NCBI GenBank assembly: GCA_051362555.1
Contig: CM120645.1
Location: forward strand, 23,278,934 to 23,342,933
From: Lingula anatina
Taxonomy: Eukaryota > Animalia > Brachiopoda
Direction: 5' to 3'
Length of the DNA: 64,000 bases
The notes under the pieces were generated by a model. The model did no database searches. It had not been told where the DNA came from and worked only from the letters and a program-made list of their open reading frames with translations. This document shows, piece by piece, positions 13,701-25,579 of this stretch (position 1 is its first letter; the number at the start of each line of letters is the position of its first letter). Made by a program: the position numbers and the translations under genes.

Positions 13701-15647
13701 ATCAATTAACATAGCCATGGGGCACCCTATTCTGTAAATAAACAGCAGCTGAATAGTTCAAATATTGAGTCTCTCTCCATCAATAGCCACAGTGATATCA
13801 CATATATCAGACCTACCTTCCCATCAATAGTCACAGTGATATCACATATCACACCTGCCTTCCCATCAATAGTCACTGTGATATCACATATATCAGACCT
13901 ACCTTCCCATCAATAGTCAGTGATATCACATATATCAGACCTACCTTCCCATCAATAGTCACAGTGATATCACATATCACACCTACCTTCCCATCAATAG
14001 TCACTGTGATATCACATATATCAGACCTGCCTTCCCATCAATAGTCACTGTGATATCACATATATCAGACCTGCCTTCCCATCAATAGTCACTGTGATAT
14101 CACATATATCAGACCTGCCTTCCCATCAACAGTCACAGTGATGTCACATATATCAGACCTGCCTTCCCATCAACAGTCACAGTGATGTCACATATATCAG
14201 ACCTGCCTTCCCATCAATAGTCACAGTGATGTCACATATATCAGACCTACCTTCCCATCAATAGTCACAGTGATATCACATATATCAGACCTGCCTTCCC
14301 ATCAACAGTCGCAGTGATATCACATATATCAGACCTGCCTTCCCATCAATAGTCACAGTGATATCACATATATCAGACCTACCTTCCCATCAATAGTCAC
14401 AGTGATATCACATATCAGACCTGCCTTCCCATCAATAGTCACTGTGATATCACATATATCAGACCTACCTTCCCATCAATAGTCACTGTGATATCACATA
14501 TATCAGACCTGCCTTCCCATCAATAGTCACTGTGATATCACATATATCAGACCTGCCTTCCCATCAATAGTCACAGTGATATCACATATATCAGACCTGC
14601 CTTCCCATCAATAGTCACAGTGATATCACATATATCAGACCTGCCTTCCCATCAATAGTCACAGTGATATCACATATATCAGACCTGCCTTCCCATCAAT
14701 AGTCACAGTGATATCACATATATCAGAACTACCTTCCCATCAATAGTCACAGTGATATCACATATATCAGACCTACCTTCCCGTCAATAGTCACAGTGAT
14801 ATCACATATATCGGTGGAGTGGCTCCTCTGTTCCCACAAAGCCTTGGCCATACGTGTCAGGTGTCTGTGACTGTCCATCCAACAGTCTGAACTATCCTCG
14901 GCACCCCCATCACTTTCTGAACTAATATCACTAAGGATCGATTTGGGCCTCCTGAGGAGAACAGGAAATTATGGTTATAATTGTTTTGAAGTCAGAGAGG
15001 AAGATGTGGCGCATAAGTAGGAACTATCTATGCTGCCTATGTCGCATATGAAGGCTCACAATCCTGAATAATATTTAAAGATTTCATTTCAAATGCGGCA
15101 AGTTATGACTGCAAGATGCATGGTAGATTTTCACATTGTATATCAATGGGCTGGGTTAAACATGATTACAACTCGAAAAAGACCACAGGTAATTACAAAA
15201 ACGTTTTGTGTAAACAGCTTTGACATAGATGAACAAGAAAATGTAAAAAAAATTTTTTAAAATCTGCTTGAAAAGTGACAGTTACAGGAGGGGGGGGGGG
15301 GGGTATACTACAAAAGTACCAAAATTGGCAACTACTAGTAAATGTCCGTCAAATGAGTATACAAATAAACTCCCAAAGTCCAATATTTTATATTTACTAT
15401 GAAGAACCATTATAATGGACGGTCTAATTCATTCGACAAAGGAGACACATAGCCAATGAAAATGTCAAAATGTGTCCGAATTGCCTGACTGCAGACCATT
15501 CAAATTTCGTTTTGGCAAAATCAAAACCATTGAGCAATAATTACTCTACTTTTTATCACCAGAGCTTCAGTTTATTTACCTTTGGTTGCTGAAAGCTAGA
15601 GAAGAGACCGTAGGGTATCTTCCAAGTAACACAGGTGGTTCTGCCAT
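10719..15647 (-). CDS. BTB-BACK-Kelch (KLHL/KBTBD-like, putative Cul3 adaptor) protein, ~692 aa, predicted C-terminal CaaX (CCIM)
   Basis: Exons 15647-15580, 14951-14777, 13296-13212, 12923-11186, 10731-10719; all GT-AG with consistent phases (2079 nt). BTB: CDITVTIDGK/AVKAHLCVL..PYFSSLYSSGMKE...LEYIYLG...LADYLQLEGL. BACK: NCLRL...FFEALIKW. Degenerate Kelch repeats (ISGG, FVFGG, WERLP), then an acidic tail. The last mini-exon is less certain than the rest. Confidence 0.85.
11001..11095. repeat. (CA)n microsatellite
   Basis: Direct reading; lies in the predicted last intron of the Kelch gene. Confidence 0.95.
13776..14812. repeat. 44-bp minisatellite (~23-24 units) overlapping the exon 2 / intron 2 junction of the Kelch gene
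   Basis: Unit approx. cagacct(a/g)ccttcccatcaatagtcacagtgatatcacatatat; a few units are 42 bp. The last unit is the coding end of exon 2 plus its donor. Confidence 0.95.
15090..15322 (+). mobile_element. Single arm of the foldback MITE family seen complete at 29808-30381
   Basis: Shares gaccacaggtaattacaaaaa...cagctttgacatag...gggtatactacaaaagtacc with 30249-30381. Confidence 0.7.
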
Positions 15648-16221
15648 CTTTTAAACTAAATAAAATCATCGAAGGCGTGCATTCCCGACTTGGGGATGCC
15701 TTGTGTCAGCAGAAATATGGCCGATGATATTCACGCGCTCTCGAGAAACCGCTGGCACTGGCTGGAGACAGGTCACCTTAGGCCACGAATGGGCCGCCAC
15801 ATGCCATGTCAAGCCAGAAGCTAGATGTCATCTTAGGCCAGAGAGTTTAACGCCAATACCCCGTAGGCCAAACAAAAGTGATATGTTAGTTTTAGGAAGT
15901 GCTACTTACCCTAATTTGGGAGAAATCAGAACTTTTTGCACCCAATCATATTATCATTTTGTACCCTTTTAATTATTTTAATTTTATTGTATTTATTTGT
16001 GCTTTTTATCTATCTAACCACAGAAACCCCACATCCTTTTCCATAATTTTTCAGTAGCAAAATGTTTTTCTTTTATGTCCACATTTCATGCTATATGTTT
16101 ATTTCTGTCTTTCACAAAATGAAAATATTGAATTAAAATCTTAATTAATGTGATTTTGTGGCTGACAAAAAAGATTATTTGATCTCCAAGTAATGATATA
16201 CGTATAAATCTATCTGTGTAT

Positions 16222-16260
<39 letters not shown>

Positions 16261-16700
16261 TTTTGATTAATCAATTTATTTATTAATTAGTTTGTGTTTT
16301 AAAGGATATATATGGTAAGTGGTATACACGCAATCATTTCTAAAAAGCTCACATAAAATCACCTTTAAAACATCAAACTTAATAACACGTTAGAAATACG
16401 CGAGGCTATGAAAAGTACTTATTTCCGTGATTAATGAGCAGATTTCCATGCATATTTAGCTGTTAAGTTCTCTGGCCTGAGATGGCATTTATTCTGTCAT
16501 CTCCTGACCTGGGACATTCCTACATTGACCTTTGACCTTAATCTTTCATTGGTCGAGAGCAGCGCCACCTGTAAATATGCAACCAGGAAGATTTCCTTAT
16601 CGTTGTCCTTATTGGCTGTACAAAGTGGAACCGAGTGGAAAGTTCCGGTGCTTATTTCTTGTGCTTCGTGACACTCGAAGAAAAATAGACTAAATCTAAT
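15648..16700. promoter_or_regulatory. Divergent promoter region between the Kelch gene and IRAK4, with kB-like sites and a CCAAT box
   Basis: Head-to-head layout. GGGACATTCC 16511-16520, GGAAGATTTCC 16586-16596, GGAAAGTTCC 16637-16646, ATTGG 16611-16615. A probable non-coding IRAK4 exon ends at a donor near 16782. Confidence 0.5.
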
Positions 16701-17141
16701 CAAATCATGAGAGGTTTGGAGTTCAAGTGCTTTTTCTACGTGAAGTTGATGGACTGAATGGAAGGCCATTAATTTTGGACAGGTACAATATGTACATTTG
16801 CTAATGTGTACTGGGGTACATGTTAATTAACCTCAACAAAAACAGTATTAAGAAAAGACTTGACAAAATCATTGAAGGCTCATGCTATCACTATGATCTG
16901 ATTGGCGTGATGAGATTAAGTTTTTACTCCAAAATGGTAAAACTAGCCATATGAACTTGTTTAAAATCTAATTTTAGAAGAAAAATGACGTGATCGTCAA
17001 TTTCAGATTTATAAAGTTTTAAAGATTGTGTCTATTTCAGATGTTAACACAGCTAGCCGGACAGAACCCTTAGACTAAACTTTAAGCTTGTTAAAAGCTC
17101 AGGTGTTTTGATAACCCAGGGAAGTTTTTCTAAAAAGAACT

Positions 17142-20100
17142 ATGAATTCTCGGAGAGACTTGACGGTCCAGCCCACCACCCTGGTCCGCTGTATGCGGTA
17201 CAGTCACATCAGCCAGTTGTGTCAGCTTCTAGACCCTGACCAAGCATGGAAACACATGACTGACTATATCACCAAACCCAATGGCCAGCCGAAATATAAC
17301 TTTGATACAATATGGTAATGCTATGATAGCCTACTAATAAATACAAGATTGATACAGTTTGACAACTTTTCTTGATTTCGGATAAAAACAACAGTCTAGA
17401 CTCACTTTAGGGTACTTGTAAATTATTTCCAAGTGCAAAATATTCAAATGTGGTTGAAGATCTAAGAAATCTGCCCAAGCACATTGGAAAATGTAATAGG
17501 TTATAAATTATTCTTAACTAAAAGACGGTGATATTTCAATTTTCAGCATGTTAGAAATGGAAGTCCAGAGGCCGAATGGCAGCCCAACAAGAAAACTGAT
17601 TGAGGATTGGTCTACCCAGAACACCACGGTGAAAGATTTGCTGGATGTTCTCGTTAAGTCAAAACTCTACCGAGCGGCCAACTTCATCAGTGTGGATGTA
17701 TTAAAGGGTAAATTTGGTTTGGGTTAGATTAGGATCTGCTATACCAGTACTAGTAATGGATGTCATGGCCCTGGCATGATAAACTTTTCAGATGTATAAT
17801 TTGAGTAGAGCAGCTTACTGTGCATTCTGCGGATTTTAGGGGCGGATCCAGAATTATTTTCTGACAGTCTTAAAAATTTGTTGAGCTGTCCTTCATTTTT
17901 GACCATCTTCTGACAGAAAAAATTAGATGCCTATCAATGTAATCTGGAAAAATTTTGACTGTCTTCCAGAAGACCCACAAGACAGCATGCATTTGCCCTT
18001 AGGATTTAGACTGATTTGGATGCTTGATACAAAACACTTATATCATAAACTTGAAAAAACCTGTGCATCTTAGTCCTGGAGACAAGTCACGTCAAAGTTA
18101 TTCCTGTATCCATTTTAAGGAATAAGAAAACTATAAGTTTCATGGCTATTAAAATAAAATTGCAGTGTGTGTGTGTGCATGCATGCGTGCGTGCGTGCGT
18201 GCGTGTGTGTGCGTGTGTGTGTGTGTTTATTTTATTTTCCATTTAATATGTCATTGTCAATTACATTCCATGTCTTTTCCTATAGGTGACAAAATTGAAG
18301 AAAATGAAATAATCTTGTATGATAAAAATGGTATGTTCTGATTTGATTTCTCTTTATTCTAAAGTATACACATATATAATCTCAAATGATTCTATCTAGG
18401 GAATGAGAATTCTATGTAGATATTACAAAATTTGTCTCCAAAAGAAGCAGCAATTCATGTCATGTCACATGTACATTATACACATCTATACTAAAATGTT
18501 TTGAATAGAAAATAATAATTTATGTAAATTAAGGTTGAATTTGTTCTAGATTTTTGTTCACATGTTCGGCTAAATACCTAGTGTCATTTTAGATGTGGTT
18601 TTGTATCACTTTTTACTTGCCTGCACATTTACACTGAGAAAAAATATAAGTGCCCCATGTGAATTATTTATGTAATAAGTAAGGCTACGAACAGTAATCT
18701 GCAGTATTTAATTTGTAGCACATTAAATAACAATATTCACTTTGAATAATTTGATATATATATATATATATATATATATAACCCATAATACTGAAAAAAA
18801 TTTATAGTATTGTGTGGGGCATTTATTCTTTTTCTCAATGTATATTTATTGTTCCTACTTTCTATGTATGATTTTAGATGAGTTAAGTTTGCCATTGCTG
18901 TCTCAGTAGAATAAATTATTAACTCTCAGTCTAAATATCTTAATTTCAGATTCTGTGGGGTCTCTTCCTTGCCCTGGTCCCACAGAGAGCAGCAACTTGG
19001 GTCACTTAAACATCGAGTTGGGCAGCGTGCAAAGCTCCAGTGACAGTAACAACTTTTCTAATGACAATAGCAACAGCGGCAGTATTAGAGTCCATAGACT
19101 GGACCACAGCAGTTTTGGAGGGCCTGCAGAAAATTCAGAAGGCAAGAATTTAGCTCGTTGCCCGTCTGAGAATGATTCAAGTCCCTACCTCGCTTCTGAA
19201 GAAGTGAATCAGATGATCTCATTAAAGAATGATGTGGAGAACGGAAAGGGGTTGGATGTTGAGCAGGCTACTGACCCTTACTGTTCTCAAGAGACGGTGC
19301 TTGTCGGAGCTGAGAATGAGGAGAAGAAGGACACGCAGGCAGCAGGAGACGATATGTCAAGTCTGATACAAGATATTGTGGAAGGGTTGGAGCATGGAGG
19401 TGAGACACGTTAAACATAATTGAAGACCTTAAATCTATTTCATTAAAATTTTTAACTTGTGTCGTTTTTTTGTTTTTTTTTTTTGTTATAAAAATATACT
19501 TTTTAATTACTTTTGTTTATTTACATTGAGACAGTTAACAATTAAACCCTGATGAATGGCATTGTATTTCAGACAGTGTCAAGCACTTTGAGTATTCCAA
19601 GTTGAAGCTGATTACAGGAAACTTTAACAGGACGGCTGTCAGTGAGAAAGGAAATTTCCTCGGACAGGGAGGATTTGGGGAAGTATACCTTGGTAAGCTC
19701 TTTATCCTTGATACACCATCTTTATTTGAAGTTTAGTTTATGTTGAAATCAATATGAAAATTATGTTCGATTAAATAATTGTTGCTATCTTTAAAATAAT
19801 ATATATATAAATTGTAAATTTTGTTGTTTCTTCTTAATTATTCAAGATGAATATCTTATCTTATTTACATTTTAGATAAGCCATTTTATTAAAACTTATT
19901 TACTAATAATTACATGTTTTTCATGATTCAGTAAAATCATGTTTAACATGTTCTTCATATTTTATGTACTTTCAGTACTTAATTCAATCGCAATGTTTTT
20001 CCACATTTTTAATATCAGCAAGATGTGTTTTGTATTTCTAGCAGTTAATAATCTTAATGTCAATATTTTACGATGCCTTTCCCAGGTAAACCAGATAGTA

Positions 20101-22373
20101 TCCACTTAATTGCTGTGAAACGTCTGATGGACAGAGTTGATACAGTAATGAAACAGTTCAAAACTGAGCTACAGGTGCTTTCAAAGTAGGTCACCTATCA
20201 CTTTCCTTCACAAAGCCCTTCTCTGCACCAATATTAAATCAATTGATTCTTCAGATAGACCTAAATAGAGTGTCAACTCATAGAGAAATAAGACTTGGAT
20301 ATTCTTCTTGAACTATGGCCATTGCCATCAAATACTTGATACATTAAGAGGGAAGTATACTTACTCTTTGTAAGCCAGGGCTCAACATGTATAACCACCT
20401 GGAATGGTGTGTTAACCCTTGGCAGACTTTTAAATTAAAGGTCTCAACATTTTTTCTTTTTACATGTAGATACAACAGTTTGACTTCCAAGTCAAGATGG
20501 ACAATTTTATTTATTGCAAGACAATTAATTTCATAAATTGTACTATAAAGTGAGACTTTATTTCAGATACCGCCACAAAAACCTGCTTCCTCTGCTTGGC
20601 TACTCCAGCGATGGTCCTCAATTCTGTATAATATTTGAGTACATGCCGAATGGCTCGGTTGAGGACAGGCTGGCGTGCAAGGTGAGCCTCTGTGTGGAGT
20701 TTATATACTGGTAGAGTTTATACCAGACCAGGGAGTAGAGACCAGGGAAAATTATTATATCAAAGCATTGGGATAAGTTTGAGTTTCGTCAGGATTTTTT
20801 ATTAAGAAATATGAGATGAAATGATATAGTGGACTTAAGAGGAATGTCATCATTATTTGAAATTATAATCTTAATTCAAAAAAGCATACATGATTGTGTC
20901 TTACAATAATTTATAAATAATGATTTTTTTACTTGACATATTTAAGGAAAACACACCACCCCTTTCTGTGGAGCAGCGATTAGAAATAGTCAAGGGTACA
21001 GCGCGTGGCATCGTCTTCCTCCATACCTTTGACGAGAAACCTTTAATACACAGAGACATAAAGAGGTCAGCACTTGTGCCAGCGTCAGCGAATAAAGTTG
21101 ACTAAAGCATTTTTAGGCTGGTAAAAATGTAGATTGATTCTACGAGACTAAACATGGTTTTTGCTATGAGGGGTTATTTTTCTTTACGCTTCATCAGCAT
21201 GTTAAGCCTTGTTAGAAGCAATCTACTTTTTCACCATCTTGCATGAAAGTCCGTGAAAATTAGTAACTTACGTAAATAAATTGGAACATATTCTTGCAAG
21301 TTGTCTACTTAAAATTTTTTCACTATTCCACTATTCCAACTATTCCAACTTTTAGTGCCAACATTCTTCTGGACTGCAACATGGTTCCAAAGGTCGGAGA
21401 CTTTGGCTTTGCCAGGACGGGCTCGGCTAACCCAGCCTCCATGAAGATGACCACAACAGTCATCGGCACATCTGCGTACATGGCCCCCGAAGCCGTCAAG
21501 TTTGACATCTCCATCAAATTGGACACTTTCAGTTATGGTGTGGTAAGTTGCATGATGCTATATTGTCTGTGGAAAATGCAAGCAAGACGGATTCTCATTC
21601 TATGACTCAAATGCTAATTCTGCTGAAAGAAAAATGTAATGTAATTATCTATCTTCTTAATTCAGGACATTTTTTTGTTGCCAAAACACTTGATTGAACC
21701 CACTGTAAAGCTATGATTAGCCTCAAATGTTAGTCTTGTTTGAAAGAAACTTGGAAACCTTCTTTGCTGAATATTTGGTTCACTTGAAATTGTAGAAAAT
21801 GTTGATTTTTTTCAAGTGTAAAGATCAGAAATGGGCTTAGACTAAACACGAAGTAAATTTGATAATGTGTTATTGTACAGCTGTTAAAATTGGGAATAAT
21901 CTGTATTTGTTTATTTAAATTCAAGGTGCTCCTAGAATTGCTGAGTGGACTGCCCCCTTTTGATGAGGAGAGAGAGGAGAAGGATTTGGTAAAGAGAAGT
22001 CCATGGCACACCCGCGTGAACATACACATGCATGTAAACATGCACGCATTAATGTGTGCACACACTCACACACACGCACGCACACACACACACTCACACA
22101 CACGCTGGCATTATGTACTAAGAACTCTGAGACATTTATAAAATATCTTTCCAAATTTTCTCATTTTGTTTATTTGATGAAAATACAAAATCAAGTGTTG
22201 GACAAAATATTTTCTTCCTATTCAAAGATGGGATAAGAAAGAACATGAAAAATTGCAAAATTTTCCTAACCAAATCAGCCCAAGAATTTGGCTAGTATTA
22301 GACCACTTGAAATGAAGAAATGCCCAGGTATCTGAGTGTACATGTCTATTTTCTTCTGCCCCCCCCCCAAACA

Positions 22374-22443
<70 letters not shown>

Positions 22444-24275
22444 GTTGGAAGTTAGTTTATAATATTTATTGATATTTTTAGGCATCCTATGTGGATGAAA
22501 ACTATTCCAGCGAGAATGCCCTTGAGCTGGCTGACGGTACGGCAGGAGAATGGCCAGAGAGCGTGTTTAATAGCTTATTTAGCACAGCAGTTAACTGCCT
22601 CAATTACAAGAAAAAACTTCGTCCTACCATGCAAGAGGTAAGTTACTAGTATTACTGTATTGTACCACTTAAAAAGAAACAGATCCTGGTATTTGAAAGT
22701 TGACGTGTTTCATGTAATATTTTGAAGTCTCAATTTCTCCGGTTAAATAACTAAATGCCAAGAAGTACTTCCTAAAAACGGTCTCTTAAGCCAATACTTT
22801 ACAAGGTATTCTTAGACCGCATTCACAACGATTTTAGCCAGGCTTTACAAATCCTGAGACTAAATATGGCGGACGTACATGAAAGGAAAACCGCCTAATC
22901 TTTTGATAGTCTCTCTGCCTCTCACACGCCTCCCCACATGTTGTCCCTGCGGGGTACAGTCATTAAATCTCGGCTCCGTTCACCATGTGGCACCCTGAGC
23001 TTCAGAGCTAACTTGACACTAACCTTTTCACTGTAGCCATCTCCATCGTGTCAAGTAACCTCTGACGAAAATAGTTTGACCTATTTTATATAAGCCATTC
23101 GAATCCATGTTTCAAAATTTTTCACCAAAGTTTGGTGAAAACGCTGATTGGTTGATCGTCAATCGGCAATCCTCGGCTGATTCCGCAAGCTCCATACTAA
23201 CAACATAGTTATTGTCGAGTGCGGAGACATCCGAGTAGTTCCGAGTGCATAACCGTACACAAAGAAAGCATGGAGTATATCGGAATTGAAACCAGAGCAG
23301 TATGATGCCCTGCATCATTATCTACTGAGGGATGATGTATTTTGCGTGCTGCCCACAGGTTACGGCAAGTCCCTGATATTCAGCCTTATCTTTGATTTGT
23401 CCGGATTTGAACAAAGCGCGCTTTGACTCGTTCGCGTTCATTGGCTAGATCGTTCAATGAGTCATCGAGTGCAGGCTTTAAATTTGATTGGCGGGCGGCG
23501 GGGGCACTCGAATCTGGTCAGAGGTTACTTGACACGATGGAGATAGGCTACAGTGAAAAGGTTAGTGTCAAGTTAGCTCTGAAGCTCAGGGTGCCATGTG
23601 GAAGCTACCTGAGAAAAAGAAATGAATTGGCCCGTAGAGCAGCTATGAATCAGGATCAAAATCGTGAAAACACCCCCCCCCCCTTACAGTTCCATCAGGC
23701 GTAGGGAACAAGGCAAACATCAGCATCAGAAAGAACTGCGCCCTCTGACGAGACTGCATACGCAAAAATTCTGCCCTCCTCCTCCTCCGTCTACTGGGGC
23801 TAGGTATCTCCGTGAATGTCTCTGGTGACATTATCTCCGTAGATAGCCGATTCATTGCTGCTCTACGGGCCAATTCATTTCTTTTTCGTCTCTGTTTTGA
23901 GAGATAATAGAACAGATTCTGAAGAGCTTTTTTCCTTCGATCACCTCCATCCGCCATGATTACTTCACCTGGAGTTTAATTGATGCGCACTTAATATTTC
24001 TCAGGTAGCTTCCACATGGCGAATGGAGCTGAGATTTAATGACTGTACCCCGCAGGGACGACGTGTGGGGAGGCGTGTGAGAGGCGGAGAGACTATTAAA
24101 AGATTAGGCGTTTTTTCTTTCATGTACGTCCGCCATATTTAGTCCCCAGGATTTGTAAAGCCTGGCTCAAATCGTTGTGAATGCGATCTTAAACGAACTA
24201 AAGCAAATGATTTAATATGCATGCCTTTACTCTGCTCTTTAACTTCAGGTCCTACAAGAGATTGAAGATCTGTAG
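17142..24275 (+). CDS. IRAK4: Interleukin-1 receptor-associated kinase 4 (death domain + RD kinase), ~571 aa, 12 coding exons
   Basis: Exons 17142-17314, 17547-17707, 18286-18330, 18950-19399, 19573-19692, 20086-20185, 20567-20681, 20947-21065, 21356-21542, 21926-21988, 22482-22637, 24249-24275 (1716 nt, phases consistent). IRAK4-type death domain (PTTLVRCM...LDPDQAWK...KPNGQPKY...SPTRKLIEDWSTQNTTVKDLLDVL). Kinase motifs GQGGFG, IAVK, HRDIKSAN, DFG, GTSAYMAPE. HRD rather than HGD favours IRAK4 over IRAK1/Pelle. Confidence 0.92.
17837..18001 (+). mobile_element. MITE with YAGGGGCGGAT-type termini and 6-bp TSD (possibly IS3EU-like)
   Basis: TSD GGATTT at 17831-17836 and 18002-18007; ends taggggcggatcca ... 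atttgccctta. Related copy at 57065-57232. Confidence 0.7.
22377..22444. repeat. (GA)n microsatellite
   Basis: Direct reading. Confidence 0.95.
22815..24188. mobile_element. Non-autonomous PIF/Harbinger-type DNA transposon in the last IRAK4 intron
   Basis: Long TIRs (gaccgcattcacaacgattttagccaggctttacaaatcct... / ...aggatttgtaaagcctggctcaaatcgttgtgaatgcgatc), at least 175 bp, flanked by TTA at 22812-22814 and 24189-24191. Internal Arg-rich ORF remnant at 23957-23643. Confidence 0.85.
22991..23593 (+). mobile_element. Nested non-autonomous TIR element (~76-bp TIRs, 8-bp TSD) carrying a RecQ-type helicase fragment
   Basis: TIRs caccctgagcttcagagctaacttgacac... / ...gtgtcaagttagctctgaagctcagggtg. 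TSD CCATGTGG at 22983-22990 and 23594-23601. 23283-23381 reads ELKPEQYDALHHYLLRDDVFCVLPTGYGKSLIF (Q motif + helicase motif I). Confidence 0.85.
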
Positions 24276-25474
24276 CAATCCAAGGAGACGTCATGTAAAT
24301 AGGGGTGACCCAGACCCAATCTCAGTCTTGAGACTGGGACGTAAACAAAATACTGCCAGAAGACGGACCTGTTTGATAATTATAAGCTTATAAGTTAGAG
24401 TTAAAGACACTGATAAAGTCATGAAATATGGCATTTTTTTCAGAATCTCAACCTGGTATTTCCTCTACACTTGCCCTCACTGGTCCATGGTTGGTGTACA
24501 ACATTGTTAACAAGTAAACATTTTAGGAGTATTATCATTTTATCATGACTGATTAAGGCAAAGAAGTTGAATATTTTATATGTTGTCCTTCAAATACAGA
24601 ATGAATGGAGGCCTCACTCTTTGAGAAAAAATTATTGACAGATATGTGGAATCTAGTGCCATGTTCCATTTAACATACAGTGGAATGGGCTGTTTTGGAG
24701 AGCACTTGTGGTGCTGGAAGTCTTAGAGTTCTGTCAAAATGAATTTGTAGGATCTGTATTAATTTTGTTTCTGGGTTAGTGCTACTAATTAGTTAATTAA
24801 TTTGAAAAATTTATGAAGTGGTGTTATGCAGTGTAAAGTACGAAACAGCTACAGTATTCATGTTGGCGGCATTGGACTATCTCATTCTGTTTATAAAGCT
24901 GTATTTTGCTTTAAAGTAGAAAGATTTCGGTTAAAATTATGCCTTTCAAGTAGCAGGGATAAATATTTACAGAATTAATCAAATTTCAAATTTGACGAGT
25001 GTGCTCAATGTCCTTTCTTTTTAAGATTAATAATTAATGTCAGGGAGTGAGAACACTTGAACATAACGCATCACATATTAATCACTGTATGTCAAAAATA
25101 TTGTCAATTTACATCACGTACATTTTTTACAAAATATTTAAAAAAACGTGCTTTTTTCACTATGTTCAGTACAATTAAACTGCAGATATTGAAGTTATTA
25201 GAGAGGAAAGTACCTTAACGGTATAAGGACTGGTAAAATGAGTCATTTCAGGGAAAATGTACATATAAGAGGCCAGGACAGAGGCAGATATTTTATAGCT
25301 GAGAGAAGAGTGTGTGTATAATAATTATAAGAAGCTATTTTAATACCGTTAGCTTATGGCTAACTTTGACGTAGGCCTTCATCAGACAGATGTGAAAAGA
25401 CAGAAAAGAGTGGTATTTAATTGTAAATTGCGTAGCTGCATGTTAACTTGGGCATATATAAAATCAATGCCTTC

Positions 25475-25579
25475 AATAAAGTATTTTGCAATGAGAGAAG
25501 TTTTTAATGGTAAAAAAAAAAAAATAAAATAGAGGGCTATAAAAACAGAATCCTACCTAAAAGCAAAAATACATTTATT
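25475..25579. terminator. Candidate convergent polyadenylation signals of IRAK4 (+) and MFSD5 (-)
   Basis: AATAAA at 25475-25480 (+) and TTTATT at 25574-25579 (AATAAA on -), between the two stop codons. Confidence 0.4.

Noticed and set aside
13776-14812. Regular short repeats resembling a CRISPR array
   Set aside because: Units are contiguous with no unique spacers, there are no cas genes, and the context is a eukaryotic intron. It is a minisatellite.
23283-23426. Host RecQ helicase gene nested in IRAK4
   Set aside because: Only the Q motif and motif I are present, the frame soon ends, and it lies between TIRs with a TSD. Treated as a transposon remnant.
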